Part shown: positions 1 through 15,480 of the stretch, piece by piece | Layout: each line of letters opens with the position of its first letter | Numbering within the stretch: position 1 is the first letter of the stretch | NCBI GenBank assembly: GCA_964016885.1 | Contig: OZ024752.1 | Span: forward strand, 2,604,001-2,668,000 | Source: Eledone cirrhosa | Taxonomy: Eukaryota | DNA length: 64,000 nt | Direction: 5' to 3' | Program-made: the position numbers and the translations under genes | The notes under the pieces: model-generated | Database searches by the model: none | The model's input: the letters and a program-made list of their open reading frames with translations, nothing else | What the model was told of the DNA's origin: nothing

Positions 1-2459
1 TAGATCTGCTCAATCAGATTTGACCTGCAACTAAACTACAACAGCTAACCATGCGAAAATAGCGTCACTTTCTTGCATTCTATCAATATTTTACCACATT
101 TCTCATTGAAACAATGAGCACGTATAGACATTCTTAAGGATTTTACATTCTATATTGACATTATCATTCATCACAAAACAAGTATACATACTTATCCGTT
201 CTGAATTTACGATGGCAACAATTTACAACATGAATTCAATCTCTGCCAAACAGTGACATTTAAAGTTATTTCGCTTACCATAATTTACAGTCAGAACCAA
301 AATGACACACGCTTTTGTGCTTACCGTCGGAAAACATCAATCCGCAAGTTTAAGATTATAATTTTAAAATAAAATACCTTTGTTGACATACGAATTTGAC
401 AGATCTGATAACCATAGAATTTCATCTTATCTAAAAGAATACAGATAAGCAACTAATATAAGGCAATGTTCAAATTTTTCACTCATGATGGCCTACATAT
501 TCATTTAAGGCATTAGTAAGCTTTCCTGTATATAACTGTCCAACATCCACATCTTAGACAGAGCATCTCAATACTACTCTAAGCACATATTAACTGACAA
601 CTCCATCTCCACAAGAGTTAGCATTAGCATATGCTGCGGTAGGCTGATGATATACTTCTATGACATGCTGGCACGATTTGCAACCACCTCAAACCATTGA
701 CCGTGAATCCCTCATAGACCACATTAGCTATAAGCGATAATACATTTTATATTCCCGTGTATTTTTAACTACATCTTTCCTGTTTCCTGGTAAATGTTAA
801 TGTAGACATAATAGATATATATAGTTTAATCAGTCGCATCATACCCAAGTTAATTTTCCTTCTGTTTTTCTTTTTCCCACCATTAACAATGTTGACACAA
901 ACAAACAAGCACGCCACTATGTGTTCCTAGTTATGTACTTACGTATTAAATATTTATATTTAAAATATCTTTTTAATAATATATATACTTACATGTTGCT
1001 TGCATTAAGATACAAGGAAATGAATGTCACAGACAGCTACGCAAATGTTCTTTATTAAATGAATAAAACAAATATATTATATAGCCCTAGCAATATTTAT
1101 TTATACGTTCACAAATGAAGAATAAGCGAAAATATCAGTTGTGAAAACTGGGTTTTTCTTCATCAGGAATATGTACTTTATGTATATAATCCCAAATGAT
1201 CACATATTTACCGAAGAAATTATTAGCTCGAAATTCTTTCATTGTAATAGTTCCTTTCAGTTTTTGTTTCCACATTGTCATATTTGAAGCACTTATATTT
1301 CTTTTATTTATTTACATACATTTCAATATCTTACATGTAGAAAGTTTGTTTGTAGTGTTAATCTCCCCCTCACGAGAGGAATATCATTTCTAGTTTCATC
1401 TTGCATTTTTCACATCCAACTCAAATCTTAATATATGTTCTGCGTTGCTTCAAATACAGCATTTATCTATTTCGTTCCATTACCCTCTGTTCTACACCCG
1501 TTATTTCGGTATGCAATAAACATAGACAAAAACATATGTTTATACACAACCACACACATACACAGACACATGTCTTTATATATAAGAATTGAAAGAGCAG
1601 GCACCTCCAAATATATCCGGTCCAATCAAGGGCAAGTGATGAAGATCAGGCGTTCATAGATGTCGGAAGCGATGTTAGCTTTCGTCACCCTTCCCAACCG
1701 TTCTGCGTTCTCCATATCTGCGTTAGTCTTCCCAACATGCTCGTTACTCTAGCCTAGTTATTATTCACTTGAGGACCTGAACCGAACAAAACTCCAATCA
1801 TGCACAACGTATCATATCCAAACGCAAATTTTAGTCTATTGTACATGAAACGAACAATTAGAATACGATATTTTATACGTTTTGCAGAAAATATCGAAAA
1901 ACATTCCCAACATAGCAAAATCTTTGTAAAGTACCTCCATAGAATTAATAGTCATTGGAAAGTGTAAGATGGAGAATAACACAGTATTCAGGAGACGTAT
2001 ATCTGCAGAAAAAATAAAAGTACTGTTTATGAAGATATTGCATTCAATGACAAAATATTAATGAGAAAAGTCTGGATTTAAAGTCTAAATGATCTCCGAA
2101 TTGGCACACCTACAGTGACCGCTTGCAGCATTTTATCCAAAACAGACTATACGTAGACACAGAACAATGTTTGTATGGAACTTGATTTTCAATGTGCCAA
2201 CACTTATGGAGAGAACGAATGAATTGTGACAAAATAAGGAGACAAAATAGACAGAAACTGTTGATAAAAGTAGGGCATTCGCGTGGCTATAAACGCCACG
2301 CACGCTGATCTAGAAAAGTGGAAGTTTGATCTGTTACGAAAAACGTGGGTGTTTTAGCTACTATTGTATAGCTTCCTGACGATGTGAATCACTTAGATCT
2401 TTACAAAAATCTTGCATCGGCGGGATTAAATAAATTTAATCTGTACAGCAAGATGTATG

Positions 2460-2461
<2 letters not shown>

Positions 2462-2546
<85 letters not shown>
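2462..2546. repeat. (TA)n microsatellite
   Basis: Perfect TA run of about 85 bp. Confidence 0.98.
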
Positions 2547-2548
<2 letters not shown>

Positions 2549-2699
2549 GTGTACGTGTGTTTGTGTTATTTCCTTACAATAATTATATAATAATTACTAT
2601 TAAAATAATGTATAGTGTAAAATATATAACAAGATATGAATTAATTAAATAAAACAAAAATGATTTCTTATTCTGTGGGGAGAAAGAAAGTAAAAATGC

Positions 2700-3200
2700 T
2701 AGTAATAAGGTAGAATGAGCTACAACATGGTTTTCGCAGAAGCTTGGTGTGATTTGAAACGATACTTAGTTGTTAATAAGGAATATTTGCTGGAATTCAA
2801 TAAGCAATATATATTGCTCTAATCAATTCACGATTCGTGCTAAAAGGCGAATGAAGCAATTCAAAAATTAAACCATGAAAAAATTAATCACTCCTTTAAA
2901 AGTAATCTTGGGAATATTGAAAGAATACAGTGAATATCTACTACGAATAGAGATAATGTTTAATGCATACATGTCAATGGTATTCTCTTCTTAAAAAAAA
3001 TAAATGTATGCTGTCGAATATGGTACTGAAATGAAGAAACGATAAATATTAAGCAATAATAAATATTGAGCGCAATGCGATTCAGATACAGGAAAATGAA
3101 AGGTGCCAATATACAGACGAGATAAAAAATTGAGCCTTATTATAGAATACATATGCCTAGAAATGCTGAAAATATCTAGGTAGCTTAATACAAATATTAA
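2700..3200 (+). pseudogene. Highly decayed non-LTR (RTE-like) reverse transcriptase fragment
   Basis: Across frameshifts reads QHGFRRS ... EYLLEFNK ... IYIALIN ... NHEK ... LGI, matching the order of LINE RT motifs (Q.GFR, IAFIDF.KAFD, HEKL). Many stops. Confidence 0.35.
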
Positions 3201-4895
3201 ATGTAATATAAAGCAATCGATATCATAGCTACGATCCAAATAGCCTATAACTTCTACATTAAATGCTGGAACTTCCAATAAATGATTTAATAATTATAGC
3301 TACCAGCCGACAAAATGAAATACCGTATAGAAAGTCCAATACCGAATATGAGATTCGCACCAATAAATATTTAATTGTTTATTATCAATTCACTAAATGT
3401 GTATTCATATTATATACACAATATTATATGGAACTCTTTAAGAATAGCAAAAGCAAATATATTAGTAAACCGCAGAAAGCTGTAGATACACACTCTAGAA
3501 CCGACACACAATCAGAAACACACACCTGCACCCTCATACATGCATATGACCTACATACCCTTATATATTTCACTTTCCTGTGCCACAGACCTTTAGAAAC
3601 TCCAGTCTCCCTTTCACCTGACCCCCAAATATATATATATATATAAAATAAATATACAAACATACACTCTCTCAAACACACACGCACGCCCTCACACACA
3701 CACGCATACACACACACGCACATACACACACATATATATATATATATATATTATTAAGTTGATATCCAAATGAGCAATATGACTATATTTGATAAGGATC
3801 GGTGAAAGGAGAGTGAAATGTGTAAACTATATATTAATGGTGTGGAATTGAAGTGAATGAGGCATGTGGAAGTGAATTTCGCCGCAATGTCTATTGTTAC
3901 ATTCAATCATATTATTTAGCTGTATTAATCTCAAATATGCCAGAAGGTATATTCTGATACACTACGGCAATCATCCTTATGAAGATGATTCCCCGGTTTA
4001 TTATTTTATTTGTTAGTATAATATCAAAATTTATAACCTTACCTATTGAAAAAAAAGGCTGCAATAATGCAACACGTTGTCAAGGAATACACAGTTTAAT
4101 TTATCCTTCCGTTTCGTTTGGAAATAAGGAACAATATAAGATTTAGTTGTATACTATGAGCAGCTTGCCATATACAGATTAACATGTTCCGGTGATTTAT
4201 TTAAATAATTTTTTTTCTGTATCTCTAAAATAAGTTATTAATATATATATATATGTCATGTATTTTACTGTTGTGTGTGTAAAACACAAACCATACAATA
4301 AACTGCAAACAGAAGCTTCTTTAAATTGGTTGTGTTATCTGGTCGCAATGTGGAAACCACGTTAGTACATATATATAATAACCAGAAGCCTCCTAAACTG
4401 ATCAGAACTATTGGAGTATGTTTATGCATCAAACTCAGCAAAGAAAAATATTGTCAGATTCAATACAAATATCTGGAAAATAAACTGTATACACTGTCAG
4501 TAAAACAAGTGAGACGTTTTCAGGTAGAGGGTATTAAATGACAAAGTCAAGAAGAAAGTACACATTTCTACAAAATAAATTTGTAAATTATATTAACAAT
4601 AAACACGCTATAGAAAATGTTAACTTCACAAGAAAAGACTAAACGAAATAAGTAGATATTATAAGAAGCTATAGGAGATATATTTCATTCAAATGATATA
4701 TATTTCGAAGGTAGCCAAATCATTTTGTGATACAAGTATTACTGAAATAGTGAATTTCTAAATTCTATGTAGCAGTTAGTAGCATTATTTACACTTATAT
4801 TTGACAATTTCGTTCAAGTTACCAACACTCCTCTTCAAATATATTGATATGTTTGTAGTCATCTCTAACCATATTCACGTCTTCGGGCCTGATTT

Positions 4896-4926
<31 letters not shown>

Positions 4927-5845
4927 ACGCATCCTTACAATTCAATTGCAACCTGCGCTGATCCTCTATTTGTAATATAGAAAATCTAAATAAGCAAAAA
5001 ACTGCGTTTCGAGACAACTGAACTGACAAGTGATAACACTTTAAAAAACAACTATAAAAAAAAAACATTTCATTTGTTAACAGAGAGCCTAGTCACTAAC
5101 GCATTTCTCAACAGCAATAATGGTGTCACCTCCTTCGATGTAATACTTCCTATTTGAATAGTTTATGTCATGTTGTTTTAGCTAGTAATTTACTTCTAGC
5201 CTAAGCTAGGAGTAAACTACTCATCTTGTACTGATCTTGTACTCATCTTGTTCTGTCTACTGCGTTATACCTAAGCTCCCCACTAATCAATCCATTTTTC
5301 ATTGAAGATAATATATTTACAGTTTCCTCTTGTCTCTTATTTTCTAGTTTGCACGTCATAGAGATATTCCTGGTGTAATTAAATCTTATGGATCGCACCG
5401 CATTAGTAGGGTCTGCTAATATATATGATACAGAATTTAGTCGAAGATGGTTTGATGAGGAAACATATATTATTCATGATGACTATCAATAAAATCCAAA
5501 TAAATATGCCGCTGTGACTACTGCTAATTTGCCTTTTGTACAACTGTTGTTCATGTTATAGGACAGCTAAATTGCGCAATTGATTTGTTGTGTTGTTTTG
5601 TACATATGAATCGTTTCTCTTACGGAATAACGTTAATGAGATATGACAATGACAACCATAGTGACATCGACGAGGATTCTGCCATAATAAAGATGATGAG
5701 AAGAAATCGATAATAATGATAATGTTTGTGCATCTAAACAAAACCAATGGCAATACAATCTCTCTGAAGAATCACTTTAAAACACACCAAGCACTGATAA
5801 TCGATGAATGATGTAGAGGCTGGCATAACCGTTTTCATGCACACC

Positions 5846-5846
<1 letters not shown>

Positions 5847-5928
<82 letters not shown>

Positions 5929-6229
5929 CATGTATATATAATATATATGTATTTATATATAATATATATGTATATATATATATAATATATATGTATATAT
6001 ATATAATATATAGGTATGTATATATAATATATATGTATATATATGTATATATATATATAATATATATGTATATATATATATAATATATATGTATATATAT
6101 ATATAATATATATGTATATATATATATATAATATATATATATGTATATATATAATATATATGTATATATATATATATAATATATATGTATAATATATATG
6201 TATATATATGTATATATATATGTATATAT
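5847..6229. repeat. (CA)n then interrupted (TA)n microsatellite
   Basis: Direct inspection. Confidence 0.95.
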
Positions 6230-6929
6230 TGAGATAGTGACGGAGAAAGACAGAACAAGAAGAGAAAAAGAAATGAGAAAGAGAGAGAAAATGAAATAGA
6301 GAGAGAAAAATGAATGAGAGATAGAGAGCCCGTTTTTACGCTTTTCATTTAAGCATACTTGATGAATATGATCTTTATAAGTGGTAACCTAAGATTAGGA
6401 CGGAAAAGGAATAAAAATAAAATAGGAAACAACGAATCTAAAAGGCTAAATATGTAGCTGAAGCGGTTAAGGTGACTGCGAAAAAGCGTTCCAATAAGAA
6501 GATTAGCCCTGTCAATCGGGAAATGTGCCTAAAGCTGACAGGGGGATAACAACCGTTAATTCCTGCTTGATACGTCATTTATTCAAAGACTGCCCTAGTC
6601 GCGATTCTATACTGACAGATACTGACATGCTAAGCCTCCGCTTAGCTTTTTCGTAAATTTAGATTTGGTGTTCCAGTATCCACAACCACCAATATACAAG
6701 CATAATTATCCATGCACACACACATCACAACATTCATGCCCACAGATAGAAAGAGAGATGAAAATGTTATCTAAGTTTGCAGAATGTCGATTTACACACA
6801 TGGAAATTGTTTGTTTCTCAGTAGGCATTTCAGTGACTAGAAAATAAATTATACACATTACCAACATGGTAATAGACTAGTGCACCGTACATTTAATTCT
6901 ATTGATCATTAATTATTTATTTGGTAGTA

Positions 6930-7360
6930 TTTTTATAGCGTCGGCCAACATGTTTTGTGGCATTGAGTTACAGACATTGATGTTCTGATTTCAAATCCTG
7001 TCGATGTTAGATTTGTATTTCATCCTCATGTGGTAAAAAGCATAAAACACACTAAAGTCGTTTTAGTCGATTTCTCCTTACCTTTAAATTGCTGACATTG
7101 TCTAAAGCGGAAACTGTTATAGTTATTATTAATATTGGGCGCCGAATTCACAGTTCATAGAGTATTGCATTTAAAGGATATATTGCTTGATCAGGATAAC
7201 TGCACTTAGAGTTAAAATCTTGTCAAGTTTAGCTTTGCATTTCATCATTACAGGTTCGACAAAATAAAGTACCAGCAACGCACTGGTATCGATTTAATCG
7301 ACATTCTCCTTCCCCAAAATTGTGGACCTTCTACCTATCTCAGAAATGTATATTGTTATT
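6930..7360 (+). mobile_element. Two adjacent old, diverged copies of the Meta-domain SINE
   Basis: Degenerate matches to the younger copies: gatttcaaatcc...tttgtatttcatcctc and gagttaaaatc...ctttgcatttcatc...tcgacaaaataaagtaccag. Confidence 0.55.
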
Positions 7361-8800
7361 ATTATTCGTTTGTCGCACAGCATTTGTTGCTGGTGATGTA
7401 ATTCTGGGCCAGCTATCCAGATTATTAATACAATTAGACGACGGTGGAAACTAAATGTTAGCATCAAAATTCTCGTAGATATTGGATCTTTCGTCATGAA
7501 AACGTTTAGCAAAACCTACTCAACGTCTAAATTGACTGGATCAACCGAATATCTCGGGGACCATGTTGAATGAGCTCTGATCTTTTCTTTCCTCCATAAG
7601 AATATAATTCATATTTATGGTAGCCGTAACATAGAAAATAATTTCTAGAGCTCCTAAATCTGCACCCGTTTTTGCGACGTGATATGTGAATTGAACATGT
7701 TGCTTCTCATGAACTGGTAGGGACAACGATTGAAATGGAAGGATAAATCAATAGCCAGGAGAGGGTAGGATTGTTTTCACAGTAAAATAGAGCCAAGTAT
7801 CAAATGAAGAGAAGCCATCCCGCATGAGTCACAGATAAATATTACAAAACTTGCAACATCTAAAACGAAACCTCCCGGTCATTGGTAGTCGAATTGAATG
7901 TTCAGTTTTTACTGTTACAGACGGTTTACTATTCGGTGTTCATGGTGTCGAACATACACATCTGGAATATGCAATGCAGAATATACTGAAATACGTGCTA
8001 GAAACATATCATTTCTTACGATATTTAACTTTTATGGTCATTTATTTCTTACCTGATCCGACTTAGTCTCATTCATTTTCGTCCTGAAACTAGAATACAG
8101 TATCATATTATAAGGTGCATTCCATAAGGTACTTGTTCCTTACAGTAGTCTAAATGAATTAGTTAATCAGAGCAATTCAACTAGTGTTCTGCTCTCTGTC
8201 ATTAGTTAACATCTTGGCTATAATATGCCATATAATATCTTTAAAATCTCTTCGAACACATTCTGTTCTAAATCTAATAAATAATGAAATTTCCGAAGAA
8301 AATATTCCATTTTTGGTGATCATACGATTGCTATGATATTGATATTCTCGTTATATATTATTCAATATTTTCCATTTATTTTCTAGGATTTATCATTATC
8401 GTTCATGTTCATGTTATTTTCCTCTCAATGTTTACTTTTATCTCATCATAATTTATTTTCCTTTATACTAGATATAAATAAAGAAATGACTGTAATTTGT
8501 TTCTGTTAATTTTAATTTTATTTTGTATTTTCTTTTTATATTTCTTCGTGTTATTTCTTATCATTTTCAGTATATATTTTTAAAAAGAATTCTAGGTTGC
8601 AAGGTCTTCCAGATCGATAATAAAACGATAGCTGTATTTACTCCTGCTGTCATTTTATTTTAATTTTTTACATCTTCAACTGATAAAATATGAAATATTA
8701 AAAATAGAAGTACAACATCGAATTTATAACGATTGAGAATATATAATAAAAAATTAATATAAACTATATCTGTCAATACAGACACACGCAACTCCCCATA

Positions 8801-11432
<2,632 letters not shown>

Positions 11433-11584
11433 AAATACGTAGTTAAGAAAGCCACAACAATGCAAAGGGAAATCTCGAGGTAGGAAGTGAAAGATAGATA
11501 GGAAAAACAGGTGAAAGTGAAAATTGAGAGAGACAAAGATGAAAACAAAACAAAGGTAGAAGGGTTACCGTAGTGGAGATTTAA

Positions 11585-11620
11585 TCCCAATATTTCGGTC
11601 TCACGCCCATCAACGGGGGA
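11585..11620 (-). ncRNA. Degenerate minimal hammerhead-like motif
   Basis: Minus strand tccccc-g-TTGATGG-gcgtgagac-cGAAA-tatt-ggga; stem I tccc/ggga and palindromic aatatt are present but the core has two substitutions. Confidence 0.3.
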
Positions 11621-12039
11621 AAGTTCTAAAAGGGAGGGAACAGGCCAAGCGGAGAAAGTTGTGATGTCGTTAAGACAGAAATGCCGTTATATATAAATAT
11701 AAATATATATATTCCAATAATATATATATATATATATGTGTGTGTGTGGTGGGGGACGTGTATAATAAAATAGATTAAATCGAATAGAAAATATACGAGT
11801 TGTAATGTAATTAAATGAAGAAAGGAAGAAATGAAGTTGAAATATAGAAAACAATATTATATAATAATATATGTAGAGAAAATAAATATCCTTCTCGAGA
11901 AAAAAATGTTCAAGCAATGTCATCGTTGTAGGTTCTGTTGATGTTGTTTTCATTTTGGCGATTATATAGTATTTTTATTACACAATAGTTACAGCAACAA
12001 TAACAATATGGTCATACAGGTTCAAAAACAACATCAACG

Positions 12040-12100
12040 ATAATAGTAATGATAATAATAATAATAATAATAATGATAATAATAATAATAATGATAATAA
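12040..12100. repeat. (TAA)n microsatellite
   Basis: Direct inspection. Confidence 0.9.
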
Positions 12101-12286
12101 TTGTTTCTACTTTTGGCAGAAGGCCAGCAAATACCGAGTGCATTACTGGTACTTTATTTTATCGACCCCGTAAGGATGAAAGACAAAGTTAACCTCGGCA
12201 GGATTTGACTCAGAATGTCAATGGCCCTAACTCTATGCGTCAAATCATGGCGTCTGACTCTCTACCGTTACTGCCAATCCACCGCC
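12101..12286 (-). mobile_element. tRNA-derived SINE with Meta-type central domain
   Basis: Minus strand head ggcggtggattggcag, B-box-like gagtcaaatcc, central gccgaggttaactttg.ctttcatccttacggggtcgataaaataaagtaccag and an (ATT)n tail. Similar copies recur at 12714, 20489, 34218 and 39084. Confidence 0.85.
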
Positions 12287-12302
12287 ATAATAATATTAAT
12301 AA

Positions 12303-12690
12303 TTATGGTTTTGGACAAGGAAAAAAGATCGTGCCTGATTGGAGATGTAGTCTGCCCATTTGACACGAGAGTGCAAGAAAAGGAGAGGGAGAAAATTAAC
12401 CGATACCAGGACTTAAAGTGGGAGGTAAAAAGGATTTGGAACTTCCATGAAGTCAACGTCGTCCCGATCGTCATAGGCGCACTAGGTACTATATCAAAGA
12501 GTTTCCAAGGATGGTCAAAGAAGATTAGTCCAGCCCCACTTCTTGGAACACTTCAAAAGGCATGCTTTCTGGGAACAGCAAGAACCCTCCAATACGTCCT
12601 GAATATCTGTGGTTGCAGGTAGCGGCTTGATATTCATTTCAACAAACTTTCCAGTTAAATAACATCAATGACTGAGACACAAAGTATAAT
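12303..12690 (+). mobile_element. 3' fragment of an R4/Dong-like non-LTR retrotransposon (restriction-like endonuclease domain plus 3' UTR)
   Basis: ORF 12215-12622 contains VLDKEKRSCLIGDVVCPFDTRVQEKEREKINRYQDLKWEVKRIW...VNVVPIVIGALG, the D..CP/KxxKY/P.VIGALG motifs of RLE-type LINEs. It is flanked by TAA repeats. Confidence 0.8.
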
Positions 12691-12713
12691 AATAGTAATA
12701 CTAATAATAATAA

Positions 12714-12932
12714 TTGTTTCTACTTTTGGCACAAGGCCAGCAATTACCCAGTACTTTTGGCACAGGCCAGCAATTACCTAGTATTTTTGGCACAAGGCCA
12801 GCAATTACCCAGTACTGGTACTTTATTTTATCGACCCCGTAAGGATGAAAGGCAAAGTTAACCTCGGCGGGATTTGAAATCAGAATGGCAAGGGCCGTAA
12901 TGCTATGCTGCAAAGCATGGCGTCCGACTCTA
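12714..12932 (-). mobile_element. Meta-domain SINE, 5'-truncated, with triplicated tail segment
   Basis: Same family as 12101; the unit ttttggcacaaggccagcaattacccagta occurs three times in tandem. Confidence 0.85.
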
Positions 12933-14798
12933 ATAATAATAATGATGAGATGATGAAGAAGAAGAGGAAAAAGAAGAATCACCATGTCCCTAGTAAAAAA
13001 GGAGGAATTATTGATATTACTACATTCCTCATGCTATTCTTAGAATTTAATATTCAAAGGAAATAACAGTATTAACAATTAAAACATCAACACAAACAAC
13101 AATGATAGAGAAAAACAAACAGCAATAAAACGCAGTATTATCAACAATTTCAATATTTCATTGAATATTATTCCTATTAAATTCCTAATCTTCCTTTCAG
13201 CTTTAAAATACTTGAGGCAGAGTTTAAAATCAAGGTATGTAAAGTTAGATGAATTATTAGGCTAGTTTAAACAATTATCATTGACATTGTTTGTTTACGT
13301 TCTTCTATGTTAGGAGTTTTGTTTTTGTCGAGAAGTGTGTATTTTTACCACCACAGATTTAGATATTACCAAAGGAAAAATAAGGATAGTTTCTATATTT
13401 GCGTGTATAAGATATATATCATTCATTTGTATTGTTTGGATGATTTAATGCAAACATAACCATTCTCTATAGCATCTCGATTCGAATTGTATAACTTGGC
13501 AATACTACAACAAGGTTGAAATTATTCTCTGTATGTATTATCGAAATATTTCTGTAAGCCATAAAGTGGGTTTATTTGTGAGAATATAGATTTCGCTTTA
13601 TTTCAAACGTTGAGTAATTTAATATAGAGACAAGTCCTAAATGCAGTGTTCCGTCAACTTCAGTAATGTTATGCCTGTTCGCCATTGAATCTGATCAGAA
13701 GTTAACATGGAGAAACCTGGCGTAGCTATATCTCACCGAAGGCAGAGCAATGTCATATTAATCCCCAGAAACCACAGGTGATATCATGAGATGAATCTCA
13801 TTCACTAAACTATCAAAGCTAGTGACATGTTCTTATCGACCAGGCCTTATGCATATTTTCTTGTTGCCTGAGAGTGGGCCATCCGTGTTTCTTATTTCAT
13901 CCCGAAGCAGAAATTATAGGTATTTAATCTAAAGCTGGTTGAAATCTATATTAATTTGATTTGTTCAGTTTGCAATTGTTTCGTTAGTATTCTTGTGTCC
14001 TCTTGTTTTGTTTCATGATACCTTTATTCAACGCATCCATGATCAAATTATTTTCAGACATGTTCAGTTAATTCTTCTCTTAAACACTACATATTATCAA
14101 TTAAAATATCAACACATACAAACAATAATCATGGGCAAAAACAACGGCAATAAAAGCAGTATTATCAAAAACTACAATCGATAACATCATTCAATGTCTA
14201 TCCACATGTTAAGTCGTTTGGATCTAAATTGAGGTTGATTTGGCTGTTTTTCCTAGCAGGTAGAGATACCACAGAGAGGCCGTATATTGCAAATATTTAT
14301 TTTGAAATTGTAATATATTAGAATGTGTTTTGTGTAAATGACAGGTATGGTGTTGAATATATTTTCCGATATCGAATTTGATAATATTTCATAGAATGTG
14401 CAATTTCCTTTTGTACGTATTTAATTTACTTTTTGTTTAATAGTATACTCTTTGTGATGTTCCATAACATTTGTAGTATTGTTTATATATTCATTTCTCA
14501 TACACAAATTCCAAAAGTTCCCAAATACGTTTTGTATCACAGTTTTACTCATATCCAATATTTTGCGTATTTTCAAGTTGGGGGACGTAACATTTCATTA
14601 CATTTCCAGTTTCAAAAGGATGGTTTTATACAATGCATGCAATAACTTATTTCTCTTTGATTGCAATATTTCGCTGCTCTAAGAATATATATTAATCTGC
14701 CTGGTCAGAAATATCTCATAATATCTCTTGTTATATTTACATTTGCATTTTGATTTTGATATTGCTGTATAATTTTGAGTTGGTATTGGGAAGTAGAA

Positions 14799-14960
14799 GG
14801 CTGCAACTTGGCCGAATCGTTAGGTTGTCGGATATAATGCTCAATGTTGTTTGTTTTGACTCTCTGCACTCTGAGATCAAATTCCGCGGAGCTTAAATTT
14901 GCATTTCGTTATTTTAAGGTCGTGCGAGTGTATATTCCAAACTAGAGTACTGTGATCGAT
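14799..14960 (+). mobile_element. Old diverged Meta-domain SINE
   Basis: ttggccgaatcgttagg head, gagatcaaattcc B box, degenerate tttgcatttcgtt...ggtcg domain. Confidence 0.5.
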
Positions 14961-15391
14961 TCTTCACCTATAGGTTTCTCACTTTCATTCTCTCAATCTT
15001 TCCTCCTTCTCTGCAATAAATCTGTTGTATTCAGACGTAGAGATTACATAGAGTCCGTCAAGTTTAAAAATGGTGTGTAAACGCCGTGTGTGAATACGGT
15101 GGCCCTATGTCAACCTCGGGAGATCGGGACAAATACAAATACAAATAAAATATTAGTTATTCAGAGAAATGGCTCTGAACCAGAGTAATTATTGTGGTTA
15201 TATTCTTTCTCTGTCGTAAATTCATAATCTATTATGTTATTGTGTCGGGGCAATTATGCGTATTGTTGTAGTTGAGAAGTTGATTTCTTACATGTTATTG
15301 TTGTTGTTGCTGATGATCTTCATGCTTAAGATGCCAATTTGAACGTATTACTGCCGAGAACGATACCATCAATACTGAAAGTATTGAAAGT

Positions 15392-15480
15392 TACGAGGGT
15401 TGGCTGTAAAAATCATAGGCTGACCAAGATAATCTAATGGATTCTCTAACTGGGGTTTATTTTTCCTCATATTCTATAGA
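15392..15480 (+). mobile_element. Tc1/mariner-type terminal repeat remnant
   Basis: TA-cgagggttggctgtaaaaatcataggctgac resembles the TACGAGGG...AAAAGT start of mariner TIRs. No partner TIR found. Confidence 0.4.

Noticed and set aside
378-1036. Further minus-strand candidate exons (378-430 and 993-1036)
   Set aside because: Splice signals are weaker and phases ambiguous; they cannot be distinguished from chance.
1115-1170. Minus-strand CTGATGA with gaaaa/ttttc stem
   Set aside because: GAAA is replaced by ACAA and there is no stem I; at best a decayed hammerhead.
1630-2430. Hammerhead-like fragments near 1636 (gtgatgaagatc) and 2376 (ctgacgatgtgaa)
   Set aside because: Too many core substitutions to support.
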